Part shown: positions 1 to 17,658 of the stretch, in pieces
How positions within the stretch are numbered: position 1 is the stretch's first letter
Layout of the letters: each line of letters starts with the position of its first letter
Origin: the human T2T-CHM13v2.0 reference genome, Homo sapiens
Assembly (NCBI RefSeq): GCF_009914755.1
Contig: NC_060941.1
Direction: 5' to 3' (one strand)
Length of the DNA: 64,000 nt
Notes under the pieces: generated by a model
Told to the model about the DNA's origin: nothing
The model's input: only the letters and a program-made list of their open reading frames with translations
Databases searched by the model: none
Program-made: the position numbers and the translations under genes

Positions 1-320
1 TTTTTTTTTTTTTTTAGTTTTATTTAAAAATTTTTTTTAGAGGCTGAGTCTCACTTGGTGGCCTGGGCTGGAGTGCAGTGGCGCAGTCATAGCTCACTGC
101 AGCTTCACACTCCTGAGCTCGAGCAATCTTCCTGCTTCAGCTTCCTGAGTAGCTTGGACTAGCAGAGGTGTGCCACCACATCTGGCTAATTAAAAAAAAG
201 TTTTTAGAGATAGGATCTCTCTGTGTTGCTCAGGTTAGTCTCAACACCTGGCCTCAAGTGATCCTCCCACCTCAGCCTCCTGAGTAGCTGTGGTTGTAGG
301 TGGCAGCCACCACACCTGGC
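1..320 (-). mobile_element. Alu (old, AluJ-like)
   Basis: Poly-T followed by a diverged reverse Alu body. Confidence 0.85.
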
Positions 321-329
321 AGTATCCCT

Positions 330-1920
330 TCTTGAGACCACTGACCTTTCCCAGAAGTAATCACTGTCCTGAAGTTGGTATAGATTCTTTCTGTCTACAT
401 CTATGCATGTTTATGCTCAAAAACAATATATTGCTTTGTGTGTCTTTAAAATGTATATAATGGTTTTATGCTATATCTTTCTTTCTGCAACCTGCATTTT
501 TCACTTAAAATAATTTTGAAATTTAGTCCTGTGGATATATAGTGAGCCAATTAATTCTGCTTAGCTACTCTGTAGTCTGTTTTGTGAATATACCACAATC
601 ATCTACTTTCTTATTAGAGGACAATTTAGGCAGTTCCAATTTTATTTTTCCCGGAATGTACATTATTTTAGTCGAGTGCCATTGCCACATTAGCGATATT
701 TTGGTTAGTGAGGGACTGCAGATAGGAAGGTGATCCCAAAAGATTATAATGCCATATATTTACTCTACCTTTCTATATTTACATATGTTTAGTTACACAA
801 TTACCCATTATGTTACAGTTGCTTACAGCATTTGGTGCTGTAACATGCTGTACAGGTTTGTAGCCTAGGAGCAATAGGCTATACCGTATAGGTTTGTGTA
901 AGTACGCTCTATGATATTCATATAACGATGAAATCACCTAGTGACACATTTCTCAGAATGTATCCCTATTGTTAAGCAACACATGAGTGTGTGTCTCCAT
1001 GCATATATGTGTAAGAGTTAGCATGTGTGTCCAGAGGTAGAATTGCTGGGCGATAAGTCATACTCATCTTTACCTAGTTATGCCAGTTTATACTGTCACT
1101 AGCAGTATATGAGTACCTGTTATTTATATCCTCTCCAACACTTAATATTGCTGACATTTTAACTTTTACAATATAATAGGTGTAAAACTATTGTTTAAAT
1201 TTGCATGTTGTCCTCATTACTAGTGAGATTAAGCATTTTTCATATTGGTCATTGGGATTTCCCCTTCTGTGAATTACTTTTGTATATTTGCTCATTTTTT
1301 CTGTTGGGCTGTGTATTTTTTTAGTGATTTGTATAATTTTTCGTTTTTTGGGGGGTAGGGTATGCTTTGGATTCTAATCCTTTGTTGTAAATAGCTTCTC
1401 TCAGACAGTGATGGTCTTTTCATGATGTTTATAGAGTGTTGGATTTAAATTTTATAGTTATAATTACCCTTTTTTTTTTTTTACCTTGGTGATTTGTGCT
1501 TTTATGTGTTTTTCAGGAAATCTTTCTCCACCCTGAAGTCATTTTCTTATAAAAGTTTTAAAATTTTGCCTTGCACATTTTGGTGATTGATCAGGAATTT
1601 ATTTTTGTGTTTGGTGTGAATTATGAACTAATTTTATCTTTTCCATATGTATAACCAGTTGTCTCAATATCATTTATTGAGTCCATTTTTTTCCTTTACT
1701 GATTTGCAATGCTATCTCTGTATTATATCCAGTTCCCATATACGTGTGGGTCTAAGTGTCGACTCTATTCCGTTTCATAATTCTTTTTGTCCATATTTGC
1801 ATCAATAACACTGTTTTAATTGCTGTAGCTTTAAAATTATTCTTGTTATTTCATAGGGCGTACTTTCATTACCTTTCTTAATTTGGCATTTCTTGGCTCT
1901 TTTCCGTATGAATTCTGGGA
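330..1920 (-). mobile_element. Old L1M fragments interrupted by a Tigger3
   Basis: T-rich antisense L1 3' motifs (e.g. attactagtgagattaagcatttttcat; ccagttgtctcaatatcatttattga). Confidence 0.6.
676..989 (+). mobile_element. Tigger3-type (MER7) DNA transposon
   Basis: gtgatcccaaaagattataat; gctgtacaggtttgtagcctaggagcaataggcta; terminal gttaagcaacacatgagtg. Confidence 0.8.
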
Positions 1921-1943
1921 ACAACTTAATCCCCACTCCTTTA

Positions 1944-2232
<289 letters not shown>

Positions 2233-3328
2233 GTTTTTTGTTTGTTTGTTTTAAAGACACTTTTAACCTTCCGCTATGGATTTTTGACCTACATTTTTCC
2301 TCTTGTATTTTATAAGAGTAGACACAGAGAGCACTTCAATAAAATTCAGCTCAATAACTTTATTAACCTGATCTCCTTTTCTTTGACTTTAAGCTGAAAG
2401 TGTTAATTTCTCACAACTTGTGCTCTATAGATTTGAAACCAAATCAATTAGCATCAGCTGTTTATGAGTAATGCAGGGTATTTTGGTCTTTTGCTAAATT
2501 CAGAAAGAAATGTTAAAGTGCTGATGGATTTGCACTAGCTGTATAGATCTTTGGTGGAGGAGGAAATGGGAAAATTATTAATTTCAGGTAAGAAGTCATT
2601 TTTGAAATGCAAGATTCATTTCTTTTTAAAATCACCACATAATAAAAACTTTAAGGGCTGCATTGGTGGGTTTTTAAAAAAAATTGTGAAGTGTTTTTAG
2701 TGTTATGTGCTGACAAATATTTTTGTAGTTGCTTTGACAAGCAATGAAACTACCAATTATCACTAATTCTGAGTCTTCCAATGAACCTCTGTGTCAAATT
2801 TTTAAATTTAATTATCCTATTTTTCTCCTAGAGAATAATATTGATATAATTTTGTGAACCATAGCAGACAGTTCCCATTGCTGAGAATAGAGCCTGGTGT
2901 GGGGATATTATGATTCTTGAATGGTTGAACAAGACATTTGCTTCTGAACATCTTAGTAAATTATCACTTCTGACAATGTCTGTAGTTTGAATTTTGATAT
3001 TCTCTGCCAAGGTATTGAATACTCTAAATAATGTTGTTTATTCTATTATTTAAATCATTAGTATTATAGATCTAGCTTTAAACAGCTGCTGCACTCCAGT
3101 CCTTTTTCTTCACCTGCAGATATTGAGTCTGATAACTGTTTTGTATACATAGCCTTTCAGTAAATCTACTTATCAGTCATCAAATTAACTTAATTATAAG
3201 TTAAATGATGAGATGGACCAAGAGTGTTATTGAAATCTCATTTCCACACATTTCTTCTCTTCTTTTGTAGAAGGTAATGAAATGAACCTGTCAGTGTTCC
3301 TGTTTTTATGAAGTTTATTTCTCTTAGT

Positions 3329-3512
3329 ACAGTGATTCTGATAGTGGGTTCTGCAGACCAGCAAATTAGCATTATCTGAGAACTTGTTAGAAAAGCAAAT
3401 TCTCAGTTCCCACTTCAGGCTGACTAATTTAGAAACCCTGGGGTAGGGCTTAGCATTCTCTTTCAATAAATTCTCCAGGTGATTCTGATGTATGTTAAAG
3501 TTGAGAAGCATT
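3329..3512. mobile_element. MER5A-type hAT MITE
   Basis: cttgttagaaaagcaaattctcag...ctccaggtgattctgatg...aagttgagaagcatt. Confidence 0.75.
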
Positions 3513-3761
3513 CACTTAGTGTTTTGAGCTCTCCAATTTAGTTCCTTATAAATTGTTGAAGATATTTTTTCCAGATTTCTTTCCAAATATGTGCTCAACC
3601 TTGTTACTGATAGGTTTCAAGGTTATCGTCTTCTTCCCATTAATACCTTCATCTATATCCAATTTTCAAACTTTTAAGAAAGCATGGCTATTTTGCTGCA
3701 GTATGGTGAATTAGGTACTCTGACTGACCTTCCCAGATAAACAATTTAAAATTCTAGATAA

Positions 3762-4057
<296 letters not shown>

Positions 4058-5168
4058 AGATGAAATATTTTTTAAGTAAAAACCTTATGTGCATGGAGAT
4101 AGCTGGCTGAAAAGTAAGGAATAATCAGGCCAAAAACTATGTGAAGGTGAAAACCCAGAGATATAAGCCAAGTACTGCTGCCTTGAGGACATTATTTGCA
4201 AATGACATTACTTGGAAAACCTAGTTAACTTGTGCTTGTGCCTCAAGAAGCTCAGAGAACGGAAGATAAAAGTAGTTTTCTGGTAGAACGTCCCACCTCT
4301 CCTGGTAAGGATGGTACCCCAAGGGTCTATACATCATAATAAATGAGAACTAGTAATAAACGTACCTTGTCTAAGGATCGGAAAGAAAAATTTCCTGCCT
4401 CAAACTTTGGTGGTGATGGGAAGGGTACAGAAATTCCCTGAGAAGTTTTACCCACAAGCTGACCTTCATGCAGGTTTGAATCCTGATTTTATATTACCTG
4501 GATGGTATGAAAATCTTAAGCCAGTAATTAAATATAAAAGTGGTACAAGAGTGACGATGCCTTAAAATGCCTAAGAATGCCTAAAAAGCAGCAAATACAA
4601 AGCTTCTTGGGAGAACCCATCTTGATCTTAGGATTTAGAAAATTCCTAAACATAAAGCTGTAAGAAATATGAACTCACATTCACAAAATGCAGAAAGAAA
4701 TAAGATGCAATGAATGAGAGGAAGCAGAAACAATAAAGAGCAGAATCAGAACCTGCAAAGAGTTCACATATTGGAGTTAGCAGACACAGATTATAAGTAC
4801 ATATATTTAATATGCTTATAGAAAAAAAGAAATTTAAAATAGGAATGAGGAGCAAGTATACAAAAATGACCAGTGTACAAATTTAATAACAGATTAGACA
4901 CAGCTAAAGAAAGATTTAGTAAAGTGGATCTGAAAAAATTGCAGTATAGAGGCAAGAAAATGAAAAGTAATAAAAGAGTTAAGAGAATACAGAGGGTAGA
5001 ATAAGAAGGTTCAGTCTAGTCAGAATTCTGGGGCAGGGGAGCAGGGGCATGGAAAAGAATGAGGCAGAGGCAGTATTTGAAGAGATAATGACAGAGAACT
5101 GATGAAAAACAACCTACAAATTTAGGAAGCTAAAGAATCCCAGAAAGGATAAAAAGAAAAAAAATTCA

Positions 5169-5583
<415 letters not shown>

Positions 5584-5927
5584 CTATAATAATGAAAGCC
5601 ATAAGACAGGGAGTAATATTTTCCATATGCTTAGAGAAAATAATTGTCAACCAAGAATTGTATATCTTGTGAAGAATGGGGGCAAAATTAGACACTTTAA
5701 AACAGACAAACACTCAATGTTGTAACCATCAAACCTTCCCTACTAGTGGAAATTCAGATCAATTTCCTGAAGGCTAAAAAAAAAAAAAAAAAGTGACCAC
5801 TGATGTAAAGTCTGAGATTTAAGAAGGATTGAAGAGTAAAGAATAATGGTAAATCTGTGGATATATTGAAATAAATATTGGCTTTATAAAATGATGTATG
5901 CGGAGGTTTTAAAAATAGAACTAAATA

Positions 5928-6267
<340 letters not shown>

Positions 6268-6575
6268 TCAAAAGAGTGGTTAAAGTATTTTATGATCTTT
6301 ATACTGTTGAAGAGAAAGGTAAAGCTATTCAATTAACTTTAGATTTTGATAGGTATGTGTATTAGTATTTTCAGAGTAACTACTAAAATAATATAAATAT
6401 TAGGAATAATTTATAGCAGAAAAAACAATTTTTAAAAGGCAAGGAAGAAGTGAAAAACATAGAAAAGGTCAGATAAAGAGGAAACAATAAAATATAGAAA
6501 TCAAATCAAATATATGGTAGACTAAATGCTTCATTCAGACAAAGAATGTCAGATTGGATTATTTAAAAGCAAGCA

Positions 6576-6881
6576 GGCCGGGTGCAGTGGCTCACGCCTG
6601 TAATCCGAGCACTTTGAGAGGCTGAGACGGGTGGATCACTTGAGATCAGGAGTTCGAGACCACCCTGGCCAACACGGCCAGCTGGCCATGGCCAGCTAAT
6701 ACAAAAATTAGCTGGGTGTGGTGGTGCACACCTGTAATCCCAGGTACTTGGGAAGGTGAGGCAGGAGAATCACTTGAACCCAGGAGGCGGAGATTGCCGT
6801 AAGCCAAGATCATGCCACCGTACTCCAGCCTGGGCAACAGGGTGAGACTCTGTTTCAAAAATAAATAAATAAATAAATAAA
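6576..6881 (+). mobile_element. AluS with TSD aaaagcaagca and an internal palindromic scar
   Basis: Full Alu, (AAAT)n tail, TSD. Confidence 0.9.
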
Positions 6882-7623
6882 AGCAAGCAAACAAACTTAC
6901 TGAAACAACACAAAATCCAGCTATAATTTTCAAGAGAGATAGCTAATACATATGAATGTAGAAAGATAGAAAGCAAAAGGATGGAAAAAGTCTATCAGGC
7001 AAACTCTAACCAAAAGGGAGGTAAACTAACTATATTAGCATCAGACAATATGATCTTTCAGACAAAAGAGACAGCTAGAGATAGGTCCCTCAACAATGAG
7101 AAAAGGTTTATTTATCCATAAAGGTAAAAACAATTCCAAACTTGTGTGAACCTAATAATTGCCTCAATATACAAAGAACAAAATGACACAATTATAAGAT
7201 GAAATAGACAAATCTACCATGGTGAGGAGTTTCAAAACTCCCTAATTGAAAAATTAAAAAGACAAAATGGTTACAGCTGAAAATTAAAATTAAAAATTCA
7301 TTTTCTCGGTTGCAATAGCCATTTTTCAAGGGCTTACTAGTGACATGTGACAATGGCTGCTGTATTGGACAGCACAGAAAGTACTTTTGCACTGCATTAA
7401 TTTAGAAGACTTAATATAATTAACAATATTAATAATTGAGTATTGAACACCACATCCAAGGTGCAGATCTCTGAATAATATCTGATCATAATGTGGGCAA
7501 GTTAGAAATTAATGACAAGAAAAGGCAGAAACATGGGAGACAGGTGAAGATTTCTTAAACAGAATATAAAAAGCACTAGATACAAAGGAAAAAAGTGATT
7601 AATTGGATTTCATCAAAAGACAC

Positions 7624-8010
7624 TGACTTAGTTTGCTTAGGCTGCCATAACACAATACTATAGACTTGGTGGCTTAAACAAAAGAAATGTATTTTCTCAC
7701 GGTTCTGGAAGCTGGAAGTTTGGGACCGGGGTGCCAGTATGACTGCGTTTTGGTGAGCACTGTCTTCGTGACTTGCACACAGGCTTCTTGCCACGTGTCT
7801 GTGTGGCGGAGAGACAGCAAGATCTCACCATCTCTCTTCCTTTTCTTATAAGGCCACAGTCTTGTCAGATTAGGGCCCTTCGCTTATGACCTAATTTAGC
7901 CTCAATTATCTCCCAAAGTCCCTATCTCCAAAATAGTTGGGGTGGGGGAAGCGCCTTGACTAATGAATTTTGTTGGGGGCAGTGGGGAGTGCACATTTCA
8001 CTCCATAGTA
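7624..8010 (-). mobile_element. MLT1A-type MaLR solo LTR with 5-bp TSD GACAC
   Basis: ttagtttgcttaggctgccataacacaatac...ggcttaaacaa; GACAC at 7619-7623 and 8011-8015. Confidence 0.82.
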
Positions 8011-8069
8011 GACACCATTGAGGAGAAAGACCAGAGTGGAAGAAGGTATTTGAAATACATGTATTTGAC

Positions 8070-8424
<355 letters not shown>

Positions 8425-8629
8425 TCAAGAATAAAAAGAAAGGACAGAAAGCCAATGGAAAAATGAACAAAGGATTCAAACAGGGATTTCACAAAGAACT
8501 TACCTGTAACGTATGTTAAATGCTCAACCTCATTAGTCATCAGAGAAATACAAGTTAAAACCTCAGGGAGATATTACTACACACCCACCAGAAAGTTAAA
8601 TTAAGAACACATTTGTCATGACAATTCTG

Positions 8630-8933
<304 letters not shown>

Positions 8934-9868
8934 CTGTCATGACAATTCTAAGTGGTGATGAGGATGTGCAGCAGCTGGAACTGATGAAAATGCATGAGCA
9001 CAACCTCTTTGGAAAACTAGCAGAATTCCCTAAAACTGAATGTAGGCATGATGCCCATGACCCAGCACTTATAGTCCTGGGGGTGGGAGGAGTGAATATA
9101 TTTCTATTCATGATTTCTATCTCTGATGACAGAAATTAAGCTAGTGGGTATCTGTGGTTGAGTAGAAGGATAGTGACTAGGAGCGGGCAGTATGAGATGC
9201 TGGTAATGTCCTCTTGACCTAACTGTTGGTTACCCTGGGTGTGTTCACTTGTAGAAATTCATTGAGCCAAACACGTACAATGTGTGCATTTTTGTGTATA
9301 TATGTTCTTCTTCAATAAAAACTTGATTTAAATAATGTTCTTTTTCTTAAACTGGGTAGTAGGTTTATGGTGTTTTATGTGTTGCCTGTGTTTTATACAT
9401 ATTTTATTCCTGTTCAGTGTCCAAAAAATATAAAAAGTAGTCACTGCTTTGTTGTTAATTTGAGCATCTCCTGCACCTAGCACAGTGCCTGGGACATTAT
9501 AGATATTTATTAAATATTTGTTCTATGGAAAAGAAGTAGGCTAGTAATTTCTTTTTGCTTTCCAACAGCCAGTTTTTGATTCAATTATTTGTAAATATGA
9601 TTTCTACTCAGTTGTTTCTAAATAATAAAATATGTAAATACTATTATGTTTATATTTATTAGTAAGCTGAATTTATTAAATGAGAAACCTCTCAATATTA
9701 AGGACACATCATAAATTATTAGCATGCTGTGTTATAATGACTAAAAGTAGTATCAACAATTTAGATAAGTATAGTGTGGCCTTACGGATGTAAGTCCGTA
9801 AGATCATGCAGCATTGAAGATGTGCAGTTTACTAGATCTTCTAATATTCTCGGGTGTCTCACTGTTTC

Positions 9869-10434
<566 letters not shown>

Positions 10435-10799
10435 TGAACATCCTGAGTCTTACTGGGCTGGCATTCCCTTGTTGGGACAGGGGAGAGGCTCTAGGCCTTG
10501 GATCCTTGTTCTGATTCCTTCTCCAAAGAGTTTTCCCTTTTTCTTCCCCTTTCAAAACAACATAAGTGCAAAAGCTTTGTCAGGATGTTGGGAATTAAAA
10601 AAGCTTCAGAAACATTTTGATTCATTTAACAACATTACTCTGAAACTTTTTAGAGTAAGAGTACCAAGTCACTGAATAAGACGATCTTGAAATTAAACGA
10701 TATTTTACAGTTTTAAAAACACCTTCACAGATCTTTTCTTATTAGATTCTCAGCACAACCTTATGAGTTGGCACTGTCAAAATTCAGTTCAACAAACAA

Positions 10800-13025
10800 A
10801 ATCCAACTAACAGGAAAACTCACAGCTAACATCATACTTAATGGTTGAAGACTGAAAGCTTTCCCCCTTAAGATCAGAACAAGACAAGGATGCTCTTGCC
10901 ACTCCTATTCAACACTCTATTGGTGGTTCTAGGTGGGGCAGTTAAGCAGGAAAAAGAAAATACATTTATATCAGAAAGAAATAAAACTATATTTACCGAT
11001 GACATGATCTTACATGTAGAAAAATCCTACAGAATTTACCAAAAAAAATTGGAACTAATAAATGAGTTCAGCAAAGTTGCAGGATACAAGATTATTATCT
11101 AAAAATCAGTTGCATTCCTATATGCTAGCTATGGATAATCTGAAAATGAAATAGAAAAAATTCCATTTATAATAACATCAGAAAGAATAAAATACTTATG
11201 AATAAAGTTAACCAAAGAAGTACACTAAAAAGTACACTAAAAAACAGAAAACATGTTGAAGGAAATTAGAGATCTAAATAAATTGAAAGACGTCCTGTGT
11301 TCATGGCTTGGAAGACTTAATATTGTTAAGATGACAGTGCTACCCAGATTTATCTACAGGTTTAATGCAATCACTATCACAGTTCAACTGCCTTTTTCCC
11401 GGAAATGGACAACCTGATCTTATAATTCATATGGAATTGCAGAGCCATATTTGCCACAACAGTCTTGAAAAAAAGAGAACAAAATTGTAGGACTCATACT
11501 TCCTGATTTCAAAACTTATTACAAAACTACAGTAATCCAGATGGCATGTCACTGGCATGAGGAGAGTCTTGTAAACCAATGGAATGCAATTTAGAGTCCA
11601 GAAATAAACCCATACATTTATGGTCAGTTGATTTTGACCAGGGCGCCAAGATCATTAACTGGGGAAAGAATAATCTTTTCAACAAATGTTGCTGGGGCAA
11701 CTGGATATCTACATGTAAAAAAATAAATTTGGATCCCTGCCTCACATCACATAGGAAAATTAACTCAGAATGGATCAAAGACCTAAACCTGTTAAGTTCT
11801 TCGAAGGAAACATAGGTGAAAATCTGTATGACCTTGGATTAAATGGTGATTTTTAAAGATATAACACAAAAACACAAGCAGTGAAAGAAAAAGGTAGATA
11901 AACTGGACTTTGTTAAAGTTAAAAACTTTCATGCATCAAAGGACACTGTAGAATGAAGACAACTCACAGAATGGGGGAAAATATTTGCAAATTATATCTC
12001 TGATAAGTATATATATTTTATATATATGTTGTTTATATCCAGAATATGCAAAGAACCCTTTCAACTCAACAAAGATAAGACAATGGAATTTAAAAATGGG
12101 CAAAGCATTTGAATAGAATAGACATTTCTCCAAAGAAGATGTACAAATGACCTATAAGCACATGACAAGATCTTCAACATCATAGTCCATAGGGAATTAC
12201 AAATCAAAACCACAATGAGAGATAACACTTTACACCCTCTAGGATGGTCATACTTTTTTTTTTTTTTTTTTAAAGACAGTAACAAGTTTTGATAAGGAAG
12301 TAGAGAAATTGGAGCCCTCATTGCTGATGGGAATGTAAAATGATGCAGCTACTGCACAAAAGTTTTGCAGTTCCTTAAAAAACTAAACATAGAATAACTC
12401 AGCAATTCTACTCCTGGGTATAGACCCAAGATAATTGAAAACATATGTTCATACATTAACTTGTACATACATTAACATGTGGCATTATTCATAGTTGCCA
12501 AAAAGTGGAAGCAACCCAAATGTCCATCAGCTGATGAAATGATAAATACAATGTGGTATATCCATACAATGAAATCTTATCCAGCTGTAAAAAGGAATGA
12601 AGAAGCCAGGTGCAGTAGCTCACAACTGTAATCCCATTGCTTTAGGAGGCCACGATGGGAGGATTGCTTAAGGCCAGGAGTTCAAGATTGGCCTGGGCAA
12701 CATAGACCCAGTCTCTACAAAATAAATAAATAAAAAGAATGAAATACTATTACGTGCCACAACATGAACCTTGGAAACATTATGCTAGGTGAAAATCCAG
12801 TCACCAAGATGACGAATTGTATGATTCTGCTTACGTGAAATGTCCACAATAAGCAAATTCATAGAGACAGAAAGTAGATTAGTGGTTGAGAAGGAGTGAG
12901 AGAAGGGATGAATTGAGATTAACGGCTAGTAGGGACAGAGTTTCTTTTTGGGGTGATGGGACTGTTCTGGAATTAGATAGTGATTATGGTTGTACAACAT
13001 AGTAAATATACTAAAAACCACTCAA
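10800..13025 (+). mobile_element. L1M (L1MB-like) ORF2 3' part and 3'UTR, with an Alu monomer at ~12605-12735
   Basis: ORF remnants LFNTLLVVL...IFTDDMILHVEK...LELINEFSKVAGYKI and WGKNNLFNKCCWGNWISTCKKINLDP are L1 ORF2p motifs. Confidence 0.88.
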
Positions 13026-13026
13026 A

Positions 13027-13694
13027 GGCTGGGTGCAGTGGCTCATGCCTATAACCCCAACACTTTGGGAGACTGAGGCGGGAAGATTGCTTGAGGCCAA
13101 GAGGTCAAGACCAGCCTGGGCAACACAGCAAGACCTTGTTTCTACAAAAAAAAAAAAAAATTGTTTTAATTACCTGGGTATGGTGGTGTGTGCCTGTAGT
13201 CCCAGCTACTTTGGAGGCTGAGGTGGGAAGATCACTTGAGCCTGTGAATTTGAGGTTACAGTGAGCTGTGATTGTGCCACTGTGATCCAGCCTGAGTGAT
13301 AGAGCATGACCCTGTCTCTCAAAACAAAACCCTCCAAAAAACAAAAACCACCCAAGTATACATTTTAAATGATTAATTTTATGTGAAATATATCAGCTGG
13401 GCGTGGTGGTTCACACCTGTAATCCCAGCATTTTGGGAGGCAGAGGTGGGCGGATCACGAGGTCAGGAGATGGAGACCATCCTGGCTAACATGGTGAAAC
13501 CCCGTCTCTACTAAAAATACAAAAAATTAGCCAGGCATGGTGGCACATGCCTGTAGTCCCAACTACTCAGGAGGCTGAGGCAGGAGAATTGCTTGAACCC
13601 GGGAGGCAGAGGTTAAAGCAAGCCGAGATCATGCCACTGCACTCCAGCCTGGGCGACAGAACGAGACTCTGTCTTTAAAAAAAAAAAAAAAAAA
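13027..13694 (+). mobile_element. Two tandem Alus (13027-13345, 13396-13694)
   Basis: Two Alu bodies with A tails. Confidence 0.88.
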
Positions 13695-13719
13695 TCTCAA
13701 AAACGGCAATGAGAACTCA

Positions 13720-14670
13720 ATTAATATTTATCATACTGTATATTCCCTGAGTGGTGCAGGAGAATCAGAGCTTAGAATCTTGTGAGGAAGGCATGGTACT
13801 TAAATAAGTCTAGTGTAAGGCAGCTTGTAATAAGTAGTACTAAGACTGCTGAAGAAGCACAAATAAAGGAGATATTCTATCTTACTAGGAACCAGGGAGT
13901 TTCACAAACTTGGCTTTGCAAGGTGGGAAAGATTTTCACAGGTGGAAGGGGTTTGAAATAGGGAATTCAGTCAAAAGGAATAGTGTGAGTGAAGGAATGG
14001 AGTTTGGAATGTGGGGTACATGGGGTTGGGGTGGGGTATTGAGGTAGATGACGCAGAAAAATAAGTTAAAGATAGATCTTGCATAGGTGGCTGTGAGTAG
14101 CATGCTAAGGAGTTTGGGCTTTATTACTTATGAATCATATTTTTGGTTTCAGGTCATGTCTGGTGGCAGAGGGAAGGCTGAATTGGAGGAGAACAAAAGC
14201 TAGAACCAGGGACAACAATTATTACCATTGTAGTTTTTTAGGAGAGGTGATATGGCTGAACTAGGTTATGGTTGTGAGGCTGGAAGGGAGGCACATCCAC
14301 GTGACAGTGCAGTAGACTTAGTAGACTCTTGATTGTTTATGTGTGCATTCCAGGGATAGGCAGTGAAGGGAAGAATGACCCTGAAATCTTGAATTTAATG
14401 ACTTGAAAGGATAATGATGGTATTAACAGATGAGGAACATAGCAAGACAAACAAATGAAAAAGTGAATACTGAGGAGAAGGAGGTACCACTGAATTTGGC
14501 ATTTAGTCATTGGTGATTTTGAAGACAGCAGTTACAGTAAAGTGGCTGCTGGAAAGGATTTCAAAGAATGGTTGAAGAAGATAGCCATAGGATGAGAACA
14601 TGGAAGGCAAGGAAGGGAGACTTGAGAGATTTGGTAATAAAGAGAAGAGAGAAAAGGGTGCTAGTTTGAA
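13720..14670. mobile_element. L2-like fragments
   Basis: Purine-rich degenerate L2 motifs (catgctaaggagtttgggctttatt; tttggcatttagtcattggtgattttg). Confidence 0.55.
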
Positions 14671-14816
14671 ATGAGTTAAAAGAACTACAGAGTAGAATTA
14701 AAATAAAGTAGAATTATGGGATTTTTGCTTTTTAAGTGACCCATGAGAGGCTTACTGGCAGTGTGCCAAGATTCAAGAGAGCAAAGATTGGCAGGGTGGG
14801 ATTAAGTGATGGGATA

Positions 14817-15130
<314 letters not shown>

Positions 15131-15476
15131 CGACGGTAGGGAGCCTTCTGCCTCTTTAAACATTTGAGATGCATGTCCTGAGATGCTTCTGTGAAGTTAA
15201 GAATATTAATTTTTTGATACGAATCTGACAAAACTAGACATCAAAATATGCCATATATGGTAATTAAAACAATGTGGTATTAGTATAGAAAGCAGACAAA
15301 TAGTTAATGAAGTAGAACAACCAACCCAGAAATAGAACCAGATACACCTGAAAACTTCATATATGAGGTTTAAAATCAGTGTGGAAAGCTGGAAATCACC
15401 CATAGTTTCGTTATCCAGTCAGTTGTTTTTCACATTTTGGTGTGTTTCCATTTAGTTGGTTTGCCATACTTTTTTA

Positions 15477-15818
<342 letters not shown>

Positions 15819-16142
15819 CTACCTTAGTGTGTTATGAGGATTTTGATCCTTATATGATATGATATATATAATCAAGTGCGGGTACGTTGTAGTTTACAGA
15901 ACCATTACTTTGAAACAAGACCTTTAGGTTACTCCTAATTCATCACTGTTAAAATAATGCTGTAGGGAAAAAATTACACATAAAAGTTTTCTATATTTAA
16001 AATGATTTTTGTGAGACAAAGTTTATTTATTGTAAAAACAGTTCCAGCAGTTCAGAATTGTAAAGAGTTTTACAGAATTGTAAAGAGTTCAGAATTGTAA
16101 AGACATTTTCTTGTCTTTCTCCTTGGTGGTAACCACTGTTAA

Positions 16143-16494
<352 letters not shown>

Positions 16495-17658
16495 TAGTAG
16501 TCAATTGTATGGCTCTCCTATAATTTCTTCATTCATTCATCTTTTGGTAGACATTCATGTTGTTTCCATTTTTAGGCTATTATGAGTACAGCTGTTGTGA
16601 TCATTTGTGTGCGAGTCTTTGTGTGGATATATTTTCATTTCTTTTGACTAAAAACCTAGGGGTGCACTTGTTGGGTCACATTAACTTTGTAGAAACTGCA
16701 TTGCATCTTTGCCGATATTGAAAGTTGTCAGCCTTTTATATTTTTCTGTGCATGCTTTTCCCCCCAAAAGACCAAAATGGGAATTGTTTTTCTTTTCATT
16801 ATAAACTTGTAAAGGAATTTTAAAGTTCTAAGGGATGCCAGGCAGGAGGTTCATCTATGTGAACAGTTATTAGTTTGAGATAGATAATGTCAAGGATATC
16901 CCTAAAGGCTTTTCAAGAGATAACTATAGGACATATAAGTTTAACTTATTTCTACCCCATCACTTCTAGTCACATGTGACTTCAGAATTTTAACAGAAAT
17001 TATTATTATAGGAATATGTAGCACAGAGGGATTCCATAGGCCTGAAGATTAGTACTGATGGCCTTTCTTGCATTATTCTAGGCTAGTGCTATCCGATGAA
17101 ACTTTCTGCAGTGATAACCACTAGCCACAGGTGGCTTTTGAAACGTAGGGCTAGTTCAACTGAAGAATTGAATTTAACTTTAAATTAATTTGAATAGTGA
17201 AATATGTCTAGTGATTACCGAACAGTGTAGTTCTGAAATGTTATTTTTCAGGAAAGATCCTCTAGCAAGAAGTAGTTGAGTGAGACCTGTTAGCTGAGCT
17301 GGCCCTGGGGCAGGTTTGTGTTTTCAGTCCTTCCCTTTCCTGTGGGAGAAATGAAACCAAAGCCTAGAGCACCACAGAAGAAGAACCAGTGGATTCATAA
17401 GGGTGACAGTTCAGGTAGGGGAAGCTGTTTGGTAATGAGCTCTTTTGGTCAGATGCCACACTATTTTTCTTTCTGTTTATTTTGCCCTATTAAATTATTT
17501 AGTAAATAGTAAAGCGTACTTTAATCCAGTTTTTAAAGTGGACGTTTGGATGAAAGTATGTGATTTAAATTCCAAAACTGTGCAGTGTTGTCCAGAAGAG
17601 TCCTGATTAAATCACCCCAGTTTCTTTGATGAAGATAAGCAAATAATTTTATTTTTTG

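Noticed and set aside
10890-11815. ORFs resembling reverse transcriptase / L1 ORF2p
   Set aside because: Short, broken remnants of an old inactive L1.
16053-16103. Three copies of cagaattgtaaaga
   Set aside because: Slippage micro-duplication with 3-6 nt gaps; not CRISPR-like.
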